Below, one piece after another: positions 41,565 to 48,622 of a DNA stretch of 64,000 nt. Numbering within the stretch: position 1 is the stretch's first letter; each line of letters begins with the position of its first letter. The position numbers were made by a program, and so were the translations under genes. Source of the DNA: Bacteroidetes bacterium CG18_big_fil_WC_8_21_14_2_50_41_14 (GTDB lineage Bacteria; Bacteroidota; Bacteroidia; Bacteroidales; F082); contig PCUL01000203.1 of NCBI GenBank assembly GCA_002771745.1, positions 405 through 64,404 of the forward strand, given 5' to 3'. The notes under the pieces are model-generated. The model worked only from the letters and a program-made list of their open reading frames with translations, made no database searches and was not told the DNA's origin.

Positions 41565-42485
41565 ATGACCTTGATTGTTAGCCACAGTGAAATTGATGCT
41601 TTGGTGAGTTTAATGGATGAGCCAAACGAAGACATTTTTTCCGGGATTCAAAACAAAGTGATTAATTATGGTACTGCGGCCATTCCATTTTTAGAGGAGG
41701 CCTGGCTTCACACTTTTAACTCCAGAGTTTCCAGGAGACTCGAAAACTCCATTGAGGAAATAAAATTTCAGCATGCATCTCATTTAATATTAGAGTGGTT
41801 AAACGATGACACCCGCACTCCCATCGACATGATGCATATTCTGGCGGAATATATCGATGAACATTATGAACGTGATGAACAACAAAAATGGATGGATCAC
41901 CTTTATCGCGACTGCTGGCTAGAATTCAACGATAACCTGACTGCGTTGGAGGAGATTAAGGTAATAAACCATGTACTTTATAAAGTATATGATCTTACAA
42001 ATTATCTTCCCGGTCAAAATCGCCTCCATGGTTTTTTTCCTGACTCTTTTCATAACCGAAAAACGGGCAATGCCATTTCGATGGGCCTGATTTACCTGAT
42101 GATCGGCCAAAAACTTCATATCCCCTTAAGCGGAATTAACTTGCCCAATCAGTTTGTACTGGCTTACCTGGAACGGAATGCCAGAAAAAGGTATTTGAGC
42201 GGACAACCACCCACTAAAAACGATGTGTTGTTTTATATTAACCCATCCCATACAGGCGCAATCTTTACCCAAAACGAAATCAATGCTTACGGTTCGCACC
42301 TGGGGATGAATAAGATGGACGAGTATTCTTTACCGTGCTCTCAAAAGGCGATGGCGGTCCAATTTTTACATGAACTACATCTGAGTCTGATGGAAGAAAA
42401 CAGAACCACCAAAGGCAACAATATCCTAAAATTCATGCAATTACTCGATGAAACGCCTGCCCATTTAGGCCAGAAAATTTGCTAA
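41565..42485 (+). CDS. Transglutaminase-like/UPF0162-type hypothetical protein
   Basis: Start at [13 protein letters not shown]. Region [34 protein letters not shown] resembles the SirB1/transglutaminase-like N-terminal family. Confidence 0.5.
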   Translation: MTLIVSHSEIDALVSLMDEPNEDIFSGIQNKVINYGTAAIPFLEEAWLHTFNSRVSRRLENSIEEIKFQHASHLILEWLNDDTRTPIDMMHILAEYIDEHYERDEQQKWMDHLYRDCWLEFNDNLTALEEIKVINHVLYKVYDLTNYLPGQNRLHGFFPDSFHNRKTGNAISMGLIYLMIGQKLHIPLSGINLPNQFVLAYLERNARKRYLSGQPPTKNDVLFYINPSHTGAIFTQNEINAYGSHLGMNKMDEYSLPCSQKAMAVQFLHELHLSLMEENRTTKGNNILKFMQLLDETPAHLGQKIC

Positions 42486-43435
42486 AGTTTATTGCTTAGA
42501 AAATTGTTGATATTGAATTCAATTCGCGAAATCACATCTTCCGATACTGACCGTTTAAAAGGCTCACCGGTTACCATTTCATACAATTCGATGTACCGCT
42601 CCGAAACACTATCGACAAATTCATCAGTCATTACGGGTACTGTCTGCCCTGTCTTACCCTGAAAACCATTCTCCATGAGCCATTCCCTGACGAATTCCTT
42701 TGATAATTGTCGTTGAGGCTCCCCTTTTGCAAAGCGTTCTTCATATTCATCAGCATAAAAATAGCGCGAGGAGTCAGGGGTATGAATCTCATCAATCAAC
42801 ACGATCTGCCCGTCCTTTTTCCCAAATTCATATTTTGTATCTACCAAAATCAGTCCTTTTTCCGCTGCAATCCTGGTGCCGCGTTCAAATAATGCCAGTG
42901 CATAATTTTCCAACTGCTGGTAATCTGAGGCCGATATCAATCGCTGACTGATGATGTCTTCACGCGAAATATCTTCATCATGGCCTTCATCAGCTTTGGT
43001 GGTTGGGGTGATAATGGGCTTTGGAAACCGCTGGTGTTCTTTCATTCCATCGGGAACAGCGACACCACATATTACGCGTCCGCCTGCCATATAAGTTCTC
43101 CACGAACTTCCGGTAAGGTAGCCCCGGACGATCATCTCGATGGGAAAAGGTTTGCATAGAACTCCCACTGTTACCATGGGATCGGGGCTGGCTGTTTTCC
43201 AGTTGGGTACAATATCACGGGTGGCCTCTAAAAATTTTTCGGCGATCTGGTTCAGTACCTGGCCTTTATAAGGAATTCCACGAGGAAGAACCACATCAAA
43301 GGCCGAAATCCGGTCGGTTGCAACCATCACCAGCAGTTGGTCATCAATATTGTACACATCGCGAACTTTTCCGTGATACACGCTTTTCTGTTTTGGAAAA
43401 ACGAATTCTGTATGCGTTAGGGCTTTAATCTTCAT
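42482..43435 (-). CDS. purC: Phosphoribosylaminoimidazole-succinocarboxamide synthase
   Basis: [27 protein letters not shown] motifs; long (317 aa) form. Confidence 0.93.
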   Translation of the reverse strand: MKIKALTHTEFVFPKQKSVYHGKVRDVYNIDDQLLVMVATDRISAFDVVLPRGIPYKGQVLNQIAEKFLEATRDIVPNWKTASPDPMVTVGVLCKPFPIEMIVRGYLTGSSWRTYMAGGRVICGVAVPDGMKEHQRFPKPIITPTTKADEGHDEDISREDIISQRLISASDYQQLENYALALFERGTRIAAEKGLILVDTKYEFGKKDGQIVLIDEIHTPDSSRYFYADEYEERFAKGEPQRQLSKEFVREWLMENGFQGKTGQTVPVMTDEFVDSVSERYIELYEMVTGEPFKRSVSEDVISRIEFNINNFLSNKL

Positions 43436-43446
43436 ATTTATGAGCT

Positions 43447-44400
43447 TTAATCTTCAGTTTTTGAGTAGGCTTCAATAATTTTGGTAACCAATTTATGGCG
43501 AACAACATCACTGCCATCGAGATAAATAAAATCGATGCCGTTGATGCCCTTCAGGATATTTTGTGCTTGAAAAAGTCCGGATTGTTGCTTTCGTGGCAGG
43601 TCAATTTGAGTAATGTCGCCTGTGACGATAAATTTGGATGATTTTCCCATGCGGGTTAAAAACATCTTCAACTGGCCTTCGGTTGCATTCTGGGCCTCAT
43701 CGAGAATGGCATACACGTTACTTAAAGTGCGTCCCCGCATAAAGGCAAGCGGCGCTATTTCTATTGTTTCATCTTCAAGATAAGAAAGAAACTTTTGCGT
43801 TGGCAGCATATCGCGCAAAGCATCGTACAAAGGTTGCATGTAAGGGTCGAGCTTTTCCTTCATGTCGCCGGGCAAAAAGCCAAGGCTCTCCCCTGCTTCG
43901 ATGGCAGGCCGGGTGAGAATGATTTTCCTTACCTCCTTGTTTTTCAATGCCCTCACGGCTAAGGCCACGGCGGTATAGGTCTTTCCCGTTCCTGCCGGCC
44001 CGATGGCGAACACCAGTTCATTGTTAACGCTGCTACTCACCATTTTTTTCTGGTTGGGAGTCATGGCCTTGATTACTTTTCCATACCTGCCAAAAACTAA
44101 AATATCCTCGCCGAGAGGCTGACCTGCGACCACATCATTTTCATCGTCTCCCATGATCTGACTGATGGCCTCTTCATTGATCTTACCAAACCGTTCAAAA
44201 TGAATTTGGAGCAAATCAAATCTGTTTTCAAAACGGGTAATTTCGTCAATGTCGCCAAAGAGCTTGAGAAATTCACCACGGGCAACGATTTTTAATTTGG
44301 GATACATGTTTTGCATCTGTGTCAGAAACACATCTGCCGGCCCGAATACCTCCAGCGGACTGGCCACTTCTATTTGAATCACACGATCGGTCATAGGCAA
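43447..44400 (-). CDS. phoH: PhoH-family ATPase
   Basis: Walker [14 protein letters not shown], Walker B region [18 protein letters not shown]. Confidence 0.93.
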   Translation of the reverse strand: MPMTDRVIQIEVASPLEVFGPADVFLTQMQNMYPKLKIVARGEFLKLFGDIDEITRFENRFDLLQIHFERFGKINEEAISQIMGDDENDVVAGQPLGEDILVFGRYGKVIKAMTPNQKKMVSSSVNNELVFAIGPAGTGKTYTAVALAVRALKNKEVRKIILTRPAIEAGESLGFLPGDMKEKLDPYMQPLYDALRDMLPTQKFLSYLEDETIEIAPLAFMRGRTLSNVYAILDEAQNATEGQLKMFLTRMGKSSKFIVTGDITQIDLPRKQQSGLFQAQNILKGINGIDFIYLDGSDVVRHKLVTKIIEAYSKTED

Positions 44401-44488
44401 AAAACAGATAAATGGACAAGATTTTATCAGGCATCAAAAATATTAAAAATACTTCCGTCCCATGGTCTCTTTTTTTCATAATTTTGAT

Positions 44489-44508
44489 TTTTCGGCTTAA
44501 GCCGAAAA
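44489..44508. promoter_or_regulatory. Perfect 20-bp palindrome TTTTCGGCTT|AAGCCGAAAA
   Basis: Sits in the divergent phoH / SAM-hydrolase intergenic region, 27 nt upstream of the ATG at 44535. Confidence 0.3.
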
Positions 44509-44534
44509 TTTACTGATTATCAATAGGCTGTGCG

Positions 44535-45344
44535 ATGGGTGTAATTACATTAACAAGTGATTGGGGAACTGCAGATTACTATATCGGGGCGGTAAAAGGA
44601 ATGATCTACAAACACTTTCCTGAAGCACGGATAGTTGATATCACCCATGAAATAAACAAATTCGATTCGGGAGAAGCTGCGTTTATGCTGCGCCATGTGT
44701 TTCCCAGCTTCCCTGAAGGCTCCATACACATCATCGGAATCAACACCGAGGAATCCATACAGGAACCACATACCATTGCATTTTATTCAGGACAGTATTT
44801 TATAGGTACTGATAATGGCGTATTTTCAATGATTTTTGATGGACCCCCCGAATGGATGATCGAATTGGATATTCCGCATGAATCCAGCGGATTCACGTTT
44901 TCAAGCCGCGACAGGTTTGCCATTGCTGCAGCACGCATTGCCCGTGGTGACAATCCAAAAGAAATGGGAGATGTCAAAACTGAATTAGTGAAAAAAATGT
45001 TGTTTAAACCGGTAATTGGCCAGGCAGACATTAGAGCCATGGTGATTCATATTGATGGTTACCAGAACCTGATCACCAACATTGACAGAAAAACATTTCA
45101 GACTTTTGTAAGAAACCACCCCTTTGTTATTTCATTCAGGTCACATAAATACAAAGTAACAGAAGTAAAAGAGGCCTATACCGACGCCCGACCCGGAGAA
45201 ATTGTAGCCGTTTTTGCTTCGAACGGACTGCTTGAAATTGCAATCAACCAGGGGAAAGCGGCCTCGTTACTGGGCATTCGGAAAAATGACCCTGTGGTGG
45301 TAAGCCTGATTACAAAAGACGATCACGTTACAACCCTGTTTTAG
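44535..45344 (+). CDS. S-adenosyl-L-methionine hydroxide adenosyltransferase family protein (DUF62)
   Basis: ITLTSDWGTADYYIGAVKG start and IDGYQNLITNI region, typical of the family. Confidence 0.8.
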   Translation: MGVITLTSDWGTADYYIGAVKGMIYKHFPEARIVDITHEINKFDSGEAAFMLRHVFPSFPEGSIHIIGINTEESIQEPHTIAFYSGQYFIGTDNGVFSMIFDGPPEWMIELDIPHESSGFTFSSRDRFAIAAARIARGDNPKEMGDVKTELVKKMLFKPVIGQADIRAMVIHIDGYQNLITNIDRKTFQTFVRNHPFVISFRSHKYKVTEVKEAYTDARPGEIVAVFASNGLLEIAINQGKAASLLGIRKNDPVVVSLITKDDHVTTLF

Positions 45345-45345
45345 G

Positions 45346-46377
45346 ATGGACAACCAATTGAAGATATTGGTTACCGGAGGTACCGGACTTGTTGGCTCTC
45401 ATCTTCTTTACCACCTGACATTGTCTGGACAACATGTGATCGCCCTTAAACGGGCCTCTTCGTCCACAGAATTGGCTCATAAAATATTTTCCTGGTACAC
45501 CCCTTTTGTTGATAAGCAATGGAAACTTATTGAATGGATTGATGGTGACATCATGGACATCCCCTCGCTACAGGATGCCTTTGAGGGGATTGATCAAATC
45601 TACCATGCGGCGGCCATCGTTTCTTTTCAGGGGCAAAACAAATCGACCATTGAGCAAGTAAATATCACTGGAACGGCCAACGTGGTCAATATTGCCCTGG
45701 AGAAACGCATTAAAAAGCTGGTTTATGTGAGTTCCATCGGAACCCTGGGCCGTGTTCAAAATAAGGAAGTCGTTTCTGAGACCACCTATTGGAGCAACAA
45801 GAAGACATCGGTCTATTCAAAGAGTAAATATGAGGCTGAACAGGAAGTGTGGAGAGGAATGGCTGAAGGATTAACTGCCGTTATTATTAACCCATCCATC
45901 ATTATTGGTCCCGGGAACTGGAACCAGGGAAGCCCGCAATTGTTTGAAACCATGTGGAAGGGATTGAAGTTTTTCACATCCGGCTCCAACGGTTTTGTGG
46001 GTGTTAACGATGTGGCAAAAGTGATGATCCTATTGATGAACAGTGACCTGCAAGGAGAAAGGTACATTGTTTCGTCAGAAAACGTACCCTATCAACAGTT
46101 GTTCAGCTGGATAGCCGATGCACTTCAGGTTCAACGGCCAAAATTCAGGGCAGGAAAGATTATAAGTTCCATCAGTTGGCGGGTGCTGGCCCTGGCAGGA
46201 TTGTTTACCGGAAAGAAATCGAGTATCACCAGGGAAACAGCCCTCACGGCCAACCAGCAATACAGGTATTCAAACGCCAAAATCATGGCAGCCACAGGCA
46301 TCCGGTTTATGCCTGTAAAAGATTGTATTGAGCAGACGGCGGGGATTTTTCTGGACGAACACCGAAAAACAAAATAG
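45346..46377 (+). CDS. NAD-dependent epimerase/dehydratase (extended SDR) family protein
   Basis: ILVTGGTGLVGSHL Rossmann motif; YSKSK catalytic Y-x3-K. Confidence 0.8.
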   Translation: MDNQLKILVTGGTGLVGSHLLYHLTLSGQHVIALKRASSSTELAHKIFSWYTPFVDKQWKLIEWIDGDIMDIPSLQDAFEGIDQIYHAAAIVSFQGQNKSTIEQVNITGTANVVNIALEKRIKKLVYVSSIGTLGRVQNKEVVSETTYWSNKKTSVYSKSKYEAEQEVWRGMAEGLTAVIINPSIIIGPGNWNQGSPQLFETMWKGLKFFTSGSNGFVGVNDVAKVMILLMNSDLQGERYIVSSENVPYQQLFSWIADALQVQRPKFRAGKIISSISWRVLALAGLFTGKKSSITRETALTANQQYRYSNAKIMAATGIRFMPVKDCIEQTAGIFLDEHRKTK

Positions 46378-46543
46378 GGATTTCATTTAAGTCAATCTCA
46401 ACCGCTTATGAAATAAAATATAGTCCCACAAAAAAAGTTGTTTTCTCTAAATCATTTACTGAAAAATACCACCCCAAAAGTACGATTGTAATTAATAAAG
46501 ATAACTTTTGGGAGTATTTATAAAATCAAAAAAACGTTGGCTG

Positions 46544-46694
46544 TATGAAAAGTTGCCGACCTACCTACCGGTAGGCAGGTTGCGGGCGATTTCCTGTCAA
46601 GCCGAAAAGCAGCCCGGGCTGAAAGATGCACACCGAAAACCACTGCTGCCGCACGGGTAGCTGAAGTTATGGGCTGGTGTTCTTTGCTTTCATA
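46544..46694. ncRNA. Candidate structured RNA element A (unclassified; strand unknown)
   Basis: GC-enriched block inside AT-rich spacer. A 7-bp closing helix TATGAAA/TTTCATA brackets it. Internal hairpin 46559-46580 (ACCT-A-CCTA CCGG TAGG-C-AGGT). 12-nt palindrome CAGCCCGGGCTG at 46610-46621. No credible ORF. Confidence 0.3.
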
Positions 46695-46900
46695 TAATGT
46701 TTCCACTTGAATGATGTCTTTCTAACAAATCATTGATTATGGTTGCTGTCGGCCGTTTTTCCTTAGATAAATATTGATTGATGTGATGTGTAAATAAGAC
46801 TAGCGAATTTTTTAAACTAGTGTATTTTATTTCTGGTCTTTTGGCGATTTATTTTTTAAGCGATGGAAGGTTTTGGTGATTGATCCTGCTTAGAAGTGAT

Positions 46901-46932
46901 AACCTTCCAGGTTTTTTTCAACCTGGAAGGTT
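46901..46932. repeat. Perfect 12-bp hairpin AACCTTCCAGGT / ACCTGGAAGGTT (8-nt loop)
   Basis: Read directly. A third copy of TGGAAGGTT at 46864-46872 can pair with the same left arm. Confidence 0.9.
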
Positions 46933-46981
46933 GAAGTATTTTCGAATGTTGACCCCGAAAACTTTCGGATTCAGATTTCAT

Positions 46982-47096
46982 CATTCGGTGTTCGATAGCT
47001 TGACTGCCGGAGGCAGTTCGATATTCAATTATTAAGTCTTTTTTGAACGACAAACTACCTCCGGCAGTCAAGCCGCCGATTAACGATTTACGAATG
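46982..47096. repeat. Long composite hairpin with a perfect 16-bp core stem
   Basis: GCTTGACTGCCGGAGG (46998-47013) pairs with CCTCCGGCAGTCAAGC (47058-47073). Inner GTTCGA/TTGAAC adds 6 bp. Outer CATTCG/CGAATG adds 6 bp. Apex is AT-rich. Confidence 0.9.
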
Positions 47097-47222
47097 TCGA
47101 AGTGGTTCTTACTTCTAAAACCTGTCCGCCGTGGGACCCCCGGCGAGGCTAGTATCAAAGGGAATAGAGTTGGTGTTCCCCCTGCCGCAAACTCGTTGCC
47201 GCTAAGCTCAAACGAGGATAAG
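46992..47222 (+). repeat. Left arm (L) of diverged long inverted repeat flanking the TA pair
   Basis: Blocks in the same order as the reverse complement of 47962-48125: CAAGC, AACGATT, GAGG, AGTAT, TAGAGTTGG (exact 9-mer), ACTCGTTGC (exact 9-mer), AACGA. Confidence 0.6.
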
Positions 47223-47283
47223 TTAGGGTATCGTTGGGATGTAAGTTCAATCCTGTATAAAAAGTCAGGACTGGGGACTGGGC

Positions 47284-47322
47284 GCCACTCAGAATCCTAT
47301 TTATTAGGGAGTGGCTGTTTTT
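47284..47322 (+). terminator. Terminator-like hairpin oriented for the + strand
   Basis: GCCACTC (47284-47290) pairs with GAGTGGC (47309-47315), with an inner CCTA/TAGG helix, followed by TGTTTTT. The T-run abuts the vapC stop codon on the opposite strand. Confidence 0.5.
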
Positions 47323-47703
47323 ACCAAATCGTCTTGATACTATACCGTTTTATATTATTGTCCTTTGTCACAATAACTAAATCATCAGATTTACATTGAG
47401 CAATCAAAAGTCTATCAAATGGGTCTCTATGAACAAATTCTAAAGTCGATAATTCTATAGCATGTTCAAATGTTATTGGCAAAATCTCAAAACCATTATC
47501 TTCAATCATGTTAAGAAAACGCTTAAATCCTTTTGGAGATCTAAATTTGTCAAGGCTTATCTTAATTGCAATTTCCCAAATCGATGCAATACTGACAATT
47601 TTTGAATTTGAAGAATCTTCTATCTCGATTTTGCTTTATCAGACAACTTTTCGTCTCCATTTAGAAACCAAATCAACGAATGTGTATCAAGTAATAAATC
47701 CAT
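47321..47703 (-). pseudogene. vapC: PIN-domain VapC-family toxin, disrupted by a 1-nt frameshift
   Basis: From the ATG at 47703, the frame reads MDLLLDTHSLIWFLNGDEKLSDKAKSR and hits TAG at 47622-47620. The rest (IEIEDSSNSKIVSIASIWEIAIK ... RDPFDRLLIAQ ... KTIW) continues in the -1 frame. The junction is an A4 run (plus-strand TTTT at 47629-47632). Confidence 0.8.
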
Positions 47704-47906
47704 TACATATAGTCTTTAAAGTCATCTAATGGTTCATCAAAATCAGGAGACAAATAAATCTGCCCTTTAGCACATCCAAATTTTGGTGTCTTTTTCTTAA
47801 TCTCTTTTTTCCTTTTACTTAACAGGAAATCAATAAAATCATTTACTTCTGATTTTAAATCAGTCGGCAAATAGTTTAGCTTTGTATATAATTGAATTCG
47901 TTCCAT
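47703..47906 (-). CDS. DUF2281-type antitoxin of the PIN toxin
   Basis: MERIQLYTKLNYLPTDLKSEVNDFIDFLL ... KFGCAKGQIYLSPDFDEPLDDFKDYM. Its TAA overlaps the vapC ATG by 1 nt (TAATG). Confidence 0.75.
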   Translation of the reverse strand: MERIQLYTKLNYLPTDLKSEVNDFIDFLLSKRKKEIKKKTPKFGCAKGQIYLSPDFDEPLDDFKDYM

Positions 47907-47922
47907 ATCGTTATTTTTTATA

Positions 47923-47930
47923 CAAAGGTA
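47923..47930 (-). promoter_or_regulatory. -7 promoter box TACCTTTG for the TA operon
   Basis: The plus strand reads CAAAGGTA, i.e. TACCTTTG on the minus strand, 17 nt upstream of the antitoxin ATG at 47906. Confidence 0.4.
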
Positions 47931-47961
47931 CAATTCTATTTTTAAACTGTTATTTTTTAGA

Positions 47962-48125
47962 AGATCGTTTTCTCAGCTTGCTTGCAACGAGTGGACAAAC
48001 CCAACTCTAGCAGCTATCTCTTAAATACTTTTTTTAACCTCTTTATACTTAATACCCTACCCATTTTCAATCGTTTAAAATTATTAAAATCAGCTTGTTG
48101 CTTCATTGTAAATGAACCATCGGAT
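47962..48125 (-). repeat. Right arm (R) of diverged long inverted repeat flanking the TA pair
   Basis: Its reverse complement aligns in order with 46992-47222. It is more AT-rich and lacks the GC-rich hairpin inserts present in L. Confidence 0.6.
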
Positions 48126-48193
48126 ATTTGGTGGGGTAAATCCAGGAATTAATCCTATTGATTTGATTTTAGAGTCAATCTTATTCCAGGCCG

Positions 48194-48571
48194 TTATTTC
48201 TCCATCACCACCATGGCATTGGCCATTTCCTTTACATGAGATATCGATAAATGAATGTGTTTTACGTGTTCTTTTTCAAGGTATTCCTTTACCTTTCCAT
48301 GTAGCTGGATAACGGGTTTCCCAAGATCATCGTTCAGCACTTCTATTTCATGAAAGGCCATCCCATAACGATAACCGGTTCCAAGTGCTTTAAAAAAAGC
48401 CTCTTTGGCAGCAAATCGGGCCGCGTAGCATTGAAAACGGGTGACCACGCCTTTGTTACAGTAAGCTTGCTCCCGCTCGGTAAAAATACGCTTCATCAGG
48501 GCATCACTTTTCTCCAAAGCCCGCTCCATCCGTGCTACTTCAATAATATCGGTACCTATTCCAAAGATCAC
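48194..48571 (-). CDS. acpS: Holo-[acyl-carrier-protein] synthase
   Basis: MIFGIGTDIIEVARM start; 125 aa; FAAKEAFFKA motif. Confidence 0.93.
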   Translation of the reverse strand: MIFGIGTDIIEVARMERALEKSDALMKRIFTEREQAYCNKGVVTRFQCYAARFAAKEAFFKALGTGYRYGMAFHEIEVLNDDLGKPVIQLHGKVKEYLEKEHVKHIHLSISHVKEMANAMVVMEK

Positions 48572-48622
48572 TTTTAATGTATTTAATTTTGGGGCAGACA
48601 GTATCTGCCCCGGGTTTTAATT

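Larger units (their letters stand above)
46860..47322 (+). ncRNA. Candidate large structured RNA B (unclassified)
   Basis: Chain of hairpins with no credible ORF: 12-bp perfect at 46901-46932; 16-bp perfect at 46998-47013/47058-47073; smaller ones at 47099-47115, 47127-47145, 47192-47216 and 47237-47253. Ends in a + strand terminator-like hairpin plus T5. Confidence 0.3.

Noticed and set aside
46998-47073. The 16-bp hairpin as an integron attC site.
   Set aside because: No RYYYAAC / GTTRRRY core sites flank the stem in either orientation (the closest are GTTAATC and GTTCGAT). There is no integron integrase or cassette array in the window.
46540-47322. Possibility that the GC-rich blocks are a housekeeping RNA (tmRNA, RNase P RNA, SRP/4.5S RNA) or a known riboswitch.
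   Set aside because: No tRNA-like T-arm plus CCA end and no tag-peptide reading frame for tmRNA. No GGAAAGUCC / ACAGAA..CCGGCUUA P4 pair for RNase P; AAAGTCAGGAC at 47261 and CAGAATCC at 47290 only resemble them and lie about 30 nt apart. AGCAGCC at 46608 resembles the SRP helix-8 strand, but the GGAA tetraloop stem is missing. A partial resemblance of CCGGTAGGCAGG..GCGGG to the 3' part of c-di-GMP-I lacks the ACGCAAAGC half. There is no downstream gene for a riboswitch on either strand. A real cmscan is still needed.
46518-47399. Three ORFs from the track inside the gene-free stretch: 46518-46706 (minus), 46856-47158 (minus) and 47043-47399 (plus).
   Set aside because: Their translations are low-complexity and not protein-like (for example TSATRAAAVVFGVHLSARAAF and GVPPAANSLPLSSNEDKLGY). 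They overlap each other on opposite strands, run straight through perfect hairpins and the terminator, and have no promoter-plus-start context. I treat the region as non-coding.
47620-47635. Programmed -1 ribosomal frameshift in vapC.
   Set aside because: The site (GCA AAA TCG) is not an X XXY YYZ heptamer, and I see no stimulatory structure immediately downstream. A simple 1-nt loss in an A-run or an assembly error is more parsimonious.
46811-47961. AT-rich direct repeat TTTTTAAACT(A)GT(G)TATTTT at 46811-46833 and 47942-47961 as possible att/target-site duplication.
   Set aside because: The composition is almost pure A/T in AT-rich spacer. A 10-mer match of this kind between two 300-nt AT-rich regions is expected by chance about as often as not. 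Its boundaries also conflict with the better-supported inverted-repeat arms.
47293-48158. Direct 9-mer AATCCTATT at 47293-47301 and 48150-48158.
   Set aside because: It is an isolated match with no flanking matches in the same order, so it is compatible with chance.
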